Virus record (IMG/VR): IMGVR_UViG_3300002933_000006
Location: 5,202-69,201 of that record
Source of the DNA: a virus
Reading direction: 5' to 3' (one strand)
DNA: 64,000 nucleotides
Part shown: one piece after another, positions 53,965 to 62,876 of the stretch
Layout of the letters: every line of letters begins with the position of its first letter
Numbering within the stretch: position 1 is the first letter of the stretch
The notes under the pieces: model-generated
Databases searched by the model: none
Told to the model about the DNA's origin: nothing
The model's input: the letters and a program-made list of their open reading frames with translations, nothing else
Program-made: the position numbers and the translations under genes

Positions 53965-54120
53965 TTAAACTCCACAGGCTTTAAGGAAACGGGCTTGGTC
54001 AAATCTTGGGTTAACCGAAGCACAAATTTTAGCAGTTTCGATCGCGTTTTGCAAACGAATTTCCATATTAGGAATTTCACTAATTTTTTTAGCTAAAATT
54101 ACGAAGTGTTTTCTAGTCAT
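53965..54120 (-). CDS. MTRKHF-type small phage protein (51 aa), not in ORF track
   Basis: MTRKHFVILAKKI ... NPRFDQARFLKACGV*; AAGGAG RBS after a promoter. Confidence 0.8.
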   Translation of the reverse strand: MTRKHFVILAKKISEIPNMEIRLQNAIETAKICASVNPRFDQARFLKACGV

Positions 54121-54140
54121 TTTCTGCTCCTTATTAGTTA

Positions 54141-54290
54141 CTATACAACTATTATACTATTTTGGGAATTAATGGACAACCGTTTTGCTAAGTCTTTGTA
54201 CACACGGTAGTCTTCAAAATCGCTTACTGCACGGGCGGCTTCTGCTTTTATGAGTAAAATTGCATACTGTTTTCTGGCTTCTACACTCAT
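54141..54290 (-). CDS. 49 aa hypothetical protein, not in ORF track
   Basis: AAGGAG RBS; MSVEARKQYAILLIKAEAARAVSDFEDY...; runs through the next promoter. Confidence 0.5.
   Translation of the reverse strand: MSVEARKQYAILLIKAEAARAVSDFEDYRVYKDLAKRLSINSQNSIIVV
54151..54179 (-). promoter_or_regulatory. Early promoter (repeat family)
   Basis: TTGTCC-ATTAATTCCCAAAATAG-TATAAT. Confidence 0.8.
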
Positions 54291-54320
54291 TTACCGCTCC
54301 TTATTAATCACTATACATAC

Positions 54321-54349
54321 ATTATACAATATTGGGAATTTTGGGTCAA
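54321..54349 (-). promoter_or_regulatory. Early promoter (repeat family)
   Basis: TTGACC-CAAAATTCCCAATATTG-TATAAT. Confidence 0.85.
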
Positions 54350-54357
54350 CCCGAAAA

Positions 54358-54377
54358 GTGTTGCTTTTTTGCAACAC
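54358..54377. promoter_or_regulatory. Palindromic operator-like site
   Basis: GTGTTGC-TTTTTT-GCAACAC. Confidence 0.55.
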
Positions 54378-54431
54378 TATTTTTGGTAAATAACTATAAG
54401 AGATGTGTATAAAAACAATAAAGAATTCAAT

Positions 54432-54456
54432 AAAAAACCCGCTTAGTGCGGGTTTT
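54432..54456. terminator. Rho-independent terminator after the amidoligase gene
   Basis: AAAAAACCCGC-TTAGT-GCGGGTTTT. Confidence 0.8.
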
Positions 54457-54461
54457 GTGTT

Positions 54462-57245
54462 TTATGCTTGCATCTTTGGACGGCAACTAAACTTACCAGG
54501 ATCTTCTGCGCCAATACCACGTAAATAACTTTGTGCTGTAGCCCAGGCGCTGTGGTGGTCATGGTCGGCAAATTCGTGTACTACATGTCCGTTGTCACGT
54601 TCGTATACTTCCCACATAGGTACGCCGTTTGGTGCTGTGGCCTGCACAGGATCGCCTGCACGATATTGCACAAACGCATCATCACGACCAGTTAGTTGAT
54701 TAACATATAATCGAGCAGCACGGGCAACAAACGGGCTACTGGCACCAGTTGGTAAATAACCGTATACTCTTTCGCCAGCTTTAACTTCATAGTAATCGCC
54801 AGTAGCAGGACGTTGACTTAACATGCCTTCTGGAGGTGTATTAGTGTCTTGGTCTTGTTGCGGAGTACGATCGGCTACACGTTCTGCACTTGCATCTGTT
54901 GGAACTGTACGCATACTAACATCATAACGTTCTTGATATCTACGCTTAGTTTCTTCTGCTTGTGCTAGTGTAAGATCGGGGTGTGATGCAATAACTTGTC
55001 CTGTGGTATTGTTTATGTATTGCCAGGTACGTGGAATATCGTTTGCATCTTGCGGTGTGTCTTTTTCGTTGTGTAGTTCTAAATTAGCCACACTACCAAC
55101 ATCGTGTTGTTGTGCTACTTTAACTAATAGTTTCTGTGCTTCTTCACGACTAACATTGAATATTTGATCAATGACCCGACCAGTTGGGCGATAAACAACA
55201 TTCCAATTTGGTTTAGGTGCTTTAATACGCTTGGCTAACTTTTCACGTTGGCTTAACTCTGGTTCTGGTGCTTCCGGATCTGCCGGACGTAAATTAAACG
55301 GAATGTTTTGATCAGCATACTTGTCATATACTGCGTCAGCGGCTTCTCCCTTAGTAGCAAAGCCGTGTAGAGTTTCTAATGTTTCGCCAGTTTCGTGGTT
55401 ATACACTTCCCAATCACCCGACTCAGACTTCAATGGTCGTAGTGTATATTGTTTCTGGAAGCCTTCCATACTACCGCCAGGACTTAATCGTTTCTTAGCT
55501 TTTTCCCAAGCATCAGATTTTGTATATCCATGGAACTCTTCTCCGGCAACAGGTTTGCCATACGAATCCCATAGTTTCCAATCGCCCTTTGGTTCGTTGC
55601 TTAGTGCTTTATCGGCCCAGGACTTTTTAAGTTCTTCACTGCTGATAGCGCCTGTAGCAAAACGAGCAAATAGATCTAATGCGGGATCTCCTTCTACTGG
55701 ACTAATAAGTTTATACAACTTCTTATAATATTCTTTACGTTCTAAGTCCGGACGACTAGCTACATACATAGCCTGTGAATAACGCATTAATGTATTTTGT
55801 AGTTTAGCAATATCTTCAAAATAGTTTGTGCCGCCAGCACTACGGAACTCAATGTACTTGGCACCACGGTTCTGTGTAGGATCGCGACTTGTTTGTCCAC
55901 CTTGTGGATTAATACTTGTATATTTGCCAAATCCTTGATTATTAATTTCTAATGCTTTTTGTGCTAGTTCTAATAGATTGTGTTTCATTAAATCCAATGC
56001 ACCGGCTACAGCTTCTTTGTTGCCTTTAACACGAGTCTTAATCTTTTTCATTGCAGCTTCGCAGAAGTGATTACCACTACGGCTAAACTCTTTAAGTACA
56101 TGTTCGTCGCCTAAGAATAATGCTAACTTAACATAGTCAACATCGCCGCCTTTGCCCGGTAAACTAACGCCCATATGGAAACCAGTTGAACTGTTAGCAT
56201 AAGCACCATTATCTGCGGCCCATTTAAAAAAGTCTTTCATCATAGTAAGACATTGTTGTAACGGCATAGGAGGACTAACGATCTCCACTGGCATGTCATC
56301 CGAGTCATTGGCATCTAAACTTGAGTCTGGTTCAAAGATCCAAGTAACTGCATCACGCTTAGCCGAATGGTATCCTGAACTTACTTTAGTTCTAATACCT
56401 AAGCGTTCTGCTAAGTCGTCAGCTAATCTTTCAGCATTATGTTCACTAAAGCCGCCTTCACTACTACTACCAGTGCCAGCCATGACAGGCCACATTAAAT
56501 CAAATTTGTCTTGAACATCACTCATGTAACGTAAGCCAACGTCTGCAAAGAATCCAGAATCATCATCTATACTGTAACTGTCGCGGAATTCGTCTAATGC
56601 GTTTTGCCAATTGTCGTCGTGATCATTTATACTTTGCTCAACTTGTTCGGTAATTTCTGCTTCAGCTAAAGATTCGGCTTCTTTGTATGCTTCGTATGCT
56701 GGATGCGTAGCAATGAAATCTTGTTCTTCACTATGAGATTTAAAACGTGGTGCGTCATTGGCAGCCGCGAATGCAGCTAATACTTCTTTATCGCTATAGG
56801 TGTCTTGTAAATATTCTCTAATGAATTCTTCTTCGTCAAAGTCATCTTCAATTTTTTCACGAACGAGGTCTTGTTCTTCGTTTTCAAAGTCCTGCATCAT
56901 TTCATTGTCAAACCACTCATAGTACATTTCGTCTAATTTTTCTTGTAGGTCACGTGAGGCACGATTGCCTAATCCATAACCATACTCATCGTTTTCAAAG
57001 AAGTCGATAACCTGCTGAATACTATAAGCACGTTCATCGGCTTCCATATCGGGTTCAAAGTCTTGATCGTAATCATCAGATTCGCCCATGCCGGTAAACA
57101 CTAGTTCGGCTTCAAAGCCGGCCATAATGCCTTCTGCTTCTGGGCTACTAGCAAACTGTTGTAGTGTGCTGGGATTCATACGAAGCTCGTCTAATTGAGC
57201 TTCTTTTAATGTTCGTGTGCGTAGTTTGAATTGGTTATATCTCAT
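54462..57245 (-). CDS. Putative amidoligase (COOH-NH2 ligase type 2) with acidic insert and C-terminal repeats
   Basis: GFEAE, EPDSSL, VEIVSPP, NSSTGFHM, KYTSIN, YIEFRSAGG. Confidence 0.8.
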   Translation of the reverse strand: MRYNQFKLRTRTLKEAQLDELRMNPSTLQQFASSPEAEGIMAGFEAELVFTGMGESDDYDQDFEPDMEADERAYSIQQVIDFFENDEYGYGLGNRASRDLQEKLDEMYYEWFDNEMMQDFENEEQDLVREKIEDDFDEEEFIREYLQDTYSDKEVLAAFAAANDAPRFKSHSEEQDFIATHPAYEAYKEAESLAEAEITEQVEQSINDHDDNWQNALDEFRDSYSIDDDSGFFADVGLRYMSDVQDKFDLMWPVMAGTGSSSEGGFSEHNAERLADDLAERLGIRTKVSSGYHSAKRDAVTWIFEPDSSLDANDSDDMPVEIVSPPMPLQQCLTMMKDFFKWAADNGAYANSSTGFHMGVSLPGKGGDVDYVKLALFLGDEHVLKEFSRSGNHFCEAAMKKIKTRVKGNKEAVAGALDLMKHNLLELAQKALEINNQGFGKYTSINPQGGQTSRDPTQNRGAKYIEFRSAGGTNYFEDIAKLQNTLMRYSQAMYVASRPDLERKEYYKKLYKLISPVEGDPALDLFARFATGAISSEELKKSWADKALSNEPKGDWKLWDSYGKPVAGEEFHGYTKSDAWEKAKKRLSPGGSMEGFQKQYTLRPLKSESGDWEVYNHETGETLETLHGFATKGEAADAVYDKYADQNIPFNLRPADPEAPEPELSQREKLAKRIKAPKPNWNVVYRPTGRVIDQIFNVSREEAQKLLVKVAQQHDVGSVANLELHNEKDTPQDANDIPRTWQYINNTTGQVIASHPDLTLAQAEETKRRYQERYDVSMRTVPTDASAERVADRTPQQDQDTNTPPEGMLSQRPATGDYYEVKAGERVYGYLPTGASSPFVARAARLYVNQLTGRDDAFVQYRAGDPVQATAPNGVPMWEVYERDNGHVVHEFADHDHHSAWATAQSYLRGIGAEDPGKFSCRPKMQA

Positions 57246-57310
57246 AATCAGTCATAAAAATAGGGTAAGTTGTCTTACCCTAGTATTTATCAGTTTAACT
57301 TTGTGTTGTC

Positions 57311-58135
57311 TTAATCTGTATCTGCGTTAGCACCACATTTTTGACGTTTGGCGTTTGTCAATGCACCAAAATTAACTGGCCATTCTTTACCTGGTTGTAA
57401 TTCAACACCGCCCGGGGGTAATGGGAAATTTACACCGGCGTCTGCCATGATAGTAGCAACAGGAACACGGAATTTGGTTAAGTCATTGCCCAAGTTAGGG
57501 TATGGTGCTGTGTGCGGGAATCCCCATCCAGCGTACTGTTTAGTTTGGTTATCAATAACAATTTTGTAGAAGCCATGTGGAACAATTACGCCCTTGCCAA
57601 TAACTTTATCGCCTGGGCCGTATAAGCCACCAGCGATAACTGTAAATGAATTATTACCCTGTACTGCCCAACCACGTACACTAGTTTCTAATAGTTTCCA
57701 AATACCACGGTTTAAACTGCCAGCTTGTGGACTCATATTAGTCATTAAGAATGATTCAAATTCAACTTGTGTGTCCCATGACAAGTCACCGTCTGGGGCC
57801 ATATGTCCTTTGTCGTATCCTGTACCAGCATAGTCGCCGGGAACAGCACCGTTTTGAACAAATTGGTTTGGAGCAAACGCATTAGTACGTGCTACGCAAC
57901 CTAGTGCGTTCTGTGGTAGTAGTTCGTACATTACATAGTTAGGTAACTTGGCAACCGCATCGTACCCTACCAAGTATGCTTGCTGGCAAATTGGTTGTAA
58001 TTGACGTTGAGTTTGCGGGAAACCATATGGTGCGTGTACCGCACATTGAGCTGGCGGGAAAGGTTGACGCTGTGTCCATGCAAACGCCGTAGTTGTAGCG
58101 AGGGCAAGAGTTAATACTGTTAATAGTTTTTTCAT
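57311..58135 (-). CDS. Secreted DNA/RNA non-specific endonuclease (NucA/EndoG family)
   Basis: Signal peptide AFA-W; YDKGHMAP, ESF.MTNMSPQ...LNRGIWK.LE, VPHGFYK. Confidence 0.92.
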   Translation of the reverse strand: MKKLLTVLTLALATTTAFAWTQRQPFPPAQCAVHAPYGFPQTQRQLQPICQQAYLVGYDAVAKLPNYVMYELLPQNALGCVARTNAFAPNQFVQNGAVPGDYAGTGYDKGHMAPDGDLSWDTQVEFESFLMTNMSPQAGSLNRGIWKLLETSVRGWAVQGNNSFTVIAGGLYGPGDKVIGKGVIVPHGFYKIVIDNQTKQYAGWGFPHTAPYPNLGNDLTKFRVPVATIMADAGVNFPLPPGGVELQPGKEWPVNFGALTNAKRQKCGANADTD

Positions 58136-58157
58136 AATTAGAAATCTTCCTTGTGTA

Positions 58158-59096
58158 TTATTTAGTGTATGGTACTAAAGCAGGAATAGTGTCTAACCCA
58201 CGTGCTCGAGCCGCTGTTAGACGATGATTACCATCTAGAATCCACCCCTCTGCGTCTGCTACAATAGGCTTCCGCTTAATGTCGGACATCTGAATGCCCT
58301 TAACATGGTCCCAATTGATGTCAATAACACGACGATATGGGTCATCTTGGTGTGCAAACTCGGGACTTTTTAACTCACTGATTGGTATATTTTTCAATAC
58401 CCATGCTTTATGTGCTAAGATGGGTTTAGGCATGTGATATTCTTTGTGAATACCGTTAACGTACTTTAATACCTGTCGTGATGTGAATAATTTACCTTCA
58501 TGTGGATTAGTAACGTCAAGCACATCATCTTCAAATACTGTCATTTCAAATTGCTTGGGTTTAATTTTGCCACGTAACGCTAAACTAAGTTTATGTAGGG
58601 CTTCTTTACAATTTTCGGGTTTATACAGAATACCAATGCCGCCATTTGCTTCCCAAAGTTTGATGTTTGTTTCCCAGTCGTCAATTAAGATGTTAGGAGT
58701 ATCATCGGCCTGTTGTGCAAACTTGTATTTTTCATGATCAAATATAACTGCTTGTGGTTGGTAATTTTTTAAATGACGTTCTAACCATGCGGTTTTTTCT
58801 TTGCTAGAATCTTCTACGTTGCTTAGTAACGGACTACTTAGAATACTGTACTTGCTGGCAAGAGATATTATGCCTTTAATTAATCGACCTGCATTTGGTA
58901 ACACAGGTAACATTTTAAAAAAGCCGGGCTCTTGGGCAATTTGATCTACACCCAAATCTTTACGATGTATTTCACGCCAGTATGCTACGTCGTGCTCACG
59001 TGCCACTTCACCAAAGAAGTCAGCAAGAACTCCATCCATATCTACATAGACTATGGGTTTTGCACGACCTTCTGTTTCAAATTGAAATGACCTCAT
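58158..59096 (-). CDS. 5'(3')-deoxyribonucleotidase (HAD) fused to a ParB/Srx-like domain
   Basis: VDMDGVLADF, ILSSP, ILIDD ... W...GGIGI; C-terminal PIV....ILDGNHRLTAA. Confidence 0.85.
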   Translation of the reverse strand: MRSFQFETEGRAKPIVYVDMDGVLADFFGEVAREHDVAYWREIHRKDLGVDQIAQEPGFFKMLPVLPNAGRLIKGIISLASKYSILSSPLLSNVEDSSKEKTAWLERHLKNYQPQAVIFDHEKYKFAQQADDTPNILIDDWETNIKLWEANGGIGILYKPENCKEALHKLSLALRGKIKPKQFEMTVFEDDVLDVTNPHEGKLFTSRQVLKYVNGIHKEYHMPKPILAHKAWVLKNIPISELKSPEFAHQDDPYRRVIDINWDHVKGIQMSDIKRKPIVADAEGWILDGNHRLTAARARGLDTIPALVPYTK

Positions 59097-59123
59097 AGTA
59101 CTATTTATGAGGTCATATAAGGG

Positions 59124-59678
59124 TTAGCCGTATAATTCTTGGTACAAGGCCCAGTTCTTTTGCAAGAACATATGATACATATTGCGCTGTTTAATACAGA
59201 TTTCTTTATTGATAGTAATCCAATTAGCAGGTTCTAATTTAACTTCCACTTCGCTGTCGCCGTACATATTACGGGTTTCTAATCCGTGCTTGTGACATAA
59301 GTGTTGTATAGGTTTATTCCATCCTAAGCAATGCATATATAGTTCTTTATACCCACGATTACGTGCCCACAATAATGCTTCTTCCATCATTTGGTTAGCA
59401 ACGCCGGTACCACGATAATCTTCGTGTACAATAACACCAAACTCTACAACACGGTTATGTACTGCAATATGAATAGTACCTACCCAACGCTCGCCATCTT
59501 TGGCTACCAGAAAGTAATGATCATCGGGATTTTTAATAATACGATCCACTAATACATCAATAACATGCTGGCTACCCGCTACCCCAAAGTATAATTGACG
59601 AGTTTCTTCGTCTTGAATTTCTAGCCAGTCTTTATACTGGGCATAATTGTTAGCGGGCAAAAATTCGGTAATAATCAT
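59124..59678 (-). CDS. GNAT family acetyltransferase
   Basis: EFGVIVHEDYRGTGVA..MM..ALLWA..RGY, N.PIQHL..KHG. Confidence 0.88.
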   Translation of the reverse strand: MIITEFLPANNYAQYKDWLEIQDEETRQLYFGVAGSQHVIDVLVDRIIKNPDDHYFLVAKDGERWVGTIHIAVHNRVVEFGVIVHEDYRGTGVANQMMEEALLWARNRGYKELYMHCLGWNKPIQHLCHKHGLETRNMYGDSEVEVKLEPANWITINKEICIKQRNMYHMFLQKNWALYQELYG

Positions 59679-59742
59679 TTTAGGTATCTCTCATGGTTTA
59701 TACTAGTATACAGTATTTATACCATGCAATGCAACAATTATA

Positions 59743-60882
59743 TTAAACTATTTTGTTCGAATCAAATTCAAACAATTTGTTTAAATTTTCTCTACGGTGT
59801 ATGTTTTTGTATTTACTTAATGTAGGTAGTAGGTCGGGATTAATTAGAGATTTAGTAATTGTAGCATTAAGAAATTGTGGAATTAAATCGTTTATATCTA
59901 ACTGTAGCAATACTTTAACAATTTCTATATTTTTGAATGGTGTCCACGTTATAGTATTTCCTAAATGCCAATGTTGATGGTCATTGACTAACATATCAAT
60001 AACATGATTGTGTAGTAACTCAACTGTTGGAAATCGTGCTTTAATATAGTGTCTTTTATCCCAGTCTTTTTGAAATATTGAAATATTCTTTTCTTTAAAG
60101 AAATACGGTGTGTGGTAACTGTCTGGGGAATTGTAAAGTAATTTTTCTAAATCGATACCATGCCATGCACATAATAAACTTACAGTAGCCGGACCTCTAA
60201 GAAAGTATTCATCACCGCAACTGCCAGTTACAAAATAAGTCGGGTCCTTCCAATGATGTATTTGAGTATATGCCCAATAATCTGTTAACCAATCTGTATT
60301 ACGCATAACAAACAAATCAAGTTCAACTAATTCGTAATCTAATAATGTAAAAGGTTTATTAGTATAGTCGAGCATACTATATAATAGTAACGTATCTAAA
60401 CCACCACTGCAAAAAATATTCATATGGTCCGATGTATGTTGGTAAAAATTCTCAATATTGGTAGTCAATATCGATCGTATATTATCAACGGCCTGTCCCG
60501 TAGTTAATGTCCCTTGCGGAATTTTAAAATCCACAGGCATAGGAGTTAGTTCTACTGTTCCGATAGAATTTACTTTAAGGGATTGGTCCGCCCATACCGA
60601 TTTATATTTGTTGCCGGTATACAGATTAGTTACACTATCAGCCGAATAACGTAGGGGAAACGATCGATTCTTATTATGTAAAATCTGTACACTATTTCCG
60701 GAATCTTCTATAATACAAAAGTTTCCAGTGGCGTTATTCTCTAATATACCTAAATCTGCATACCCTTTAACAAAACTTGTGCCACGTTGTTGCCATCCGT
60801 TATCACAGTTTAAAAACCCTGTAGATAACGGATAACTATTAGGAAAATTTAAATCGGGCGTTGACGAAATATTAAAAAACAT
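59743..60882 (-). CDS. Asparagine synthase-like (PP-loop) protein
   Basis: IFCSGGLDT PP-loop, TGSCGDE; degenerate N-terminal glutaminase region. Confidence 0.7.
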   Translation of the reverse strand: MFFNISSTPDLNFPNSYPLSTGFLNCDNGWQQRGTSFVKGYADLGILENNATGNFCIIEDSGNSVQILHNKNRSFPLRYSADSVTNLYTGNKYKSVWADQSLKVNSIGTVELTPMPVDFKIPQGTLTTGQAVDNIRSILTTNIENFYQHTSDHMNIFCSGGLDTLLLYSMLDYTNKPFTLLDYELVELDLFVMRNTDWLTDYWAYTQIHHWKDPTYFVTGSCGDEYFLRGPATVSLLCAWHGIDLEKLLYNSPDSYHTPYFFKEKNISIFQKDWDKRHYIKARFPTVELLHNHVIDMLVNDHQHWHLGNTITWTPFKNIEIVKVLLQLDINDLIPQFLNATITKSLINPDLLPTLSKYKNIHRRENLNKLFEFDSNKIV

Positions 60883-61502
60883 TATCTCTTAGTAACAACT
60901 TCGTCTGCAAGTCCGTACGCAACTGCTTCCTCTGCTGATAGGAATGTGTCAAACTTCATAGCTTCGTAAAGTTCATCGTACTCTTTGCCTGCGGTGTTGT
61001 GACGTGCATACAGTTCAGTTAGGCGTTTATTAATACGAACGCTTTCTTCAAATGTACGCTTTGCATCTTCAAACTGCAAGTCTTGTACATGTACCGAACC
61101 ACGTGTGCCAGGAGTACCAGAACTAACACGGTGAATCATTGTACGAGATTCCGGGAGTACTATTCGCTTACCTCGGGCTCCTGCTTGGGCAAGAAAACTG
61201 CCCATGGAGCAAGCCTGCCCCAAAACAATAGTGGATACGTCGGGCTTAATAAACTGCATTGTATCGTAGATAGCCAAGCCTGCTGTAACTGAACCGCCGG
61301 GGCTATTAATGTAGAATAATATGTCTGCATCTGGGTTTTCACTTTCTAAAAATAACATTTGTGCAACGATTAAACTTGAACTATGTTCGTTAACATCAGT
61401 GTCTAACATGACAATGCGGTCTCTAAGTAAACGGCTATAAATATCATAGGCACGTTCTCCATTGGATGTTTTTTCCAATACTGTAGGTACAAAATTAGGC
61501 AT
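60882..61502 (-). CDS. clpP: ATP-dependent Clp protease proteolytic subunit
   Basis: ERAYDIYSRLLRDRI, YINSPGGSVTAGLAIYDTMQ, GQACSMG (Ser), MIH (His), D.FLSAEEA..YGL.D. Confidence 0.96.
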   Translation of the reverse strand: MPNFVPTVLEKTSNGERAYDIYSRLLRDRIVMLDTDVNEHSSSLIVAQMLFLESENPDADILFYINSPGGSVTAGLAIYDTMQFIKPDVSTIVLGQACSMGSFLAQAGARGKRIVLPESRTMIHRVSSGTPGTRGSVHVQDLQFEDAKRTFEESVRINKRLTELYARHNTAGKEYDELYEAMKFDTFLSAEEAVAYGLADEVVTKR

Positions 61503-61556
61503 AATTCCTCTTTAGTTAATTAGTAAGATTAGTATAACAGAAATGCTATTGTATGT

Positions 61557-62036
61557 CTAGCACTTTGTGAAGTCTTGATGTTTAAACCAACGTTTCTGTC
61601 CGTGTGCTGTTTTTAAATTAAGACCGTAAAACTCAAATCGATCTCGCCATGCAAAAAAGCTAGGACCATGTGCACCACTATCAGTTGGCATACCGTAATC
61701 AAACCGGTGTATATCCCACTGATATTGATGTACCATTTCGTGACTTAGCGTTTGCATAAACCACTGTGGGCAAAACCATTTATCCATGATTTTAATAGTG
61801 CAATAACTACCGTTGCCTTGCTCTTCATCTTCCCACTGGCAAAATCCCCAGGTACTTCTACGGGTGCCTTGTTCAATTTCTGGCATTCTTAGAGAATTGT
61901 CAAAGCAATAACGGTTGATTATATTATATGCGTACTTAATGTCTGCATAACTGGGGCGGAATAGCTTACGACGTTGGTATGTAATGCTAGGTAAACTACC
62001 TTCCATTATATAACGTATCGGGTTTGGTCTTGCCAT
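61557..62036 (-). CDS. SprT-like zinc metalloprotease
   Basis: TLSHEMVHQYQ (HExxH) ... HGPSF. Confidence 0.85.
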   Translation of the reverse strand: MARPNPIRYIMEGSLPSITYQRRKLFRPSYADIKYAYNIINRYCFDNSLRMPEIEQGTRRSTWGFCQWEDEEQGNGSYCTIKIMDKWFCPQWFMQTLSHEMVHQYQWDIHRFDYGMPTDSGAHGPSFFAWRDRFEFYGLNLKTAHGQKRWFKHQDFTKC

Positions 62037-62097
62037 GTGAACGCCTCCATAGCTATTTACTCCTGGCTATGAAAGCGTTTATGTACTGCGTTAATGT

Positions 62098-62826
62098 TTA
62101 GTTGGGAATACTAGTTTGACCTACTACAGCACCAGGTTTTTGGATAGCTTCTGCTCTACGTGCTTGATATTCAGCATTATTAACAGGAAGTAAGTTGAGT
62201 GTGGACTTTGAGCCATCTGGTTGCACTACACTAACTTCTTTCCCCAATTGTGGAATTACTGGGGCAGAATCAGTTATAGGTTTATTACCGGTAATTTCAT
62301 CAAGTTCCTTAAATGCATCTTTACTGCTACGAGCCGAGTCCTTAGAGTTTTTCATAATATTCGAAGAACCGATTGGGAGAGCTACTAGTACAAAACTACG
62401 GATTCGATTACCTTCTGCAACGTGTTTCATTTCTACCGTTTCTACACCAGTAATATCAATATCTGGGCAAATACTACGGATAGCCATTTCACTTTGCTCT
62501 GTAGTATTAACACCATCGTCCTTGGAATAGACTTTAGTTTGACTACGTACTTTACCACCTGCGGCTGTACAAATCTTAGCGTATGCAATTGCCTTGGCTT
62601 TCATATCTGCCATAGCAAAGTCTCCGGATGTTGCTGTTGCACTTTCGTAGACAGCGTTAGCCGACTTAGGAAGTTTACTCATCCATTCAGGTGCTTGGTC
62701 AATTGCTGATTGTTGCTGTTTTGGACTTGGTCCAGTTGGGTACAAATCTGCACGTGTTTGATATCCAGTAGTGCCACATGCACTTAACAGACCTGCTACG
62801 GATGCTACAATTAATAATTTCTTCAT
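62098..62826 (-). CDS. Lipoprotein (LPP20-like)
   Basis: Lipobox LSAC; APEWM ... A.MKAK..A. Confidence 0.75.
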   Translation of the reverse strand: MKKLLIVASVAGLLSACGTTGYQTRADLYPTGPSPKQQQSAIDQAPEWMSKLPKSANAVYESATATSGDFAMADMKAKAIAYAKICTAAGGKVRSQTKVYSKDDGVNTTEQSEMAIRSICPDIDITGVETVEMKHVAEGNRIRSFVLVALPIGSSNIMKNSKDSARSSKDAFKELDEITGNKPITDSAPVIPQLGKEVSVVQPDGSKSTLNLLPVNNAEYQARRAEAIQKPGAVVGQTSIPN

Positions 62827-62876
62827 TTCATTTCCCCTTGGGATTTGGTTACGTTAACAACAGTTTAACATTTTGA

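Noticed and set aside
53820-54080. Track ORF 53820..54080 at full length
   Set aside because: Its upstream half overlaps the MTRKHF gene (53965..54120); the likely start is 53963.
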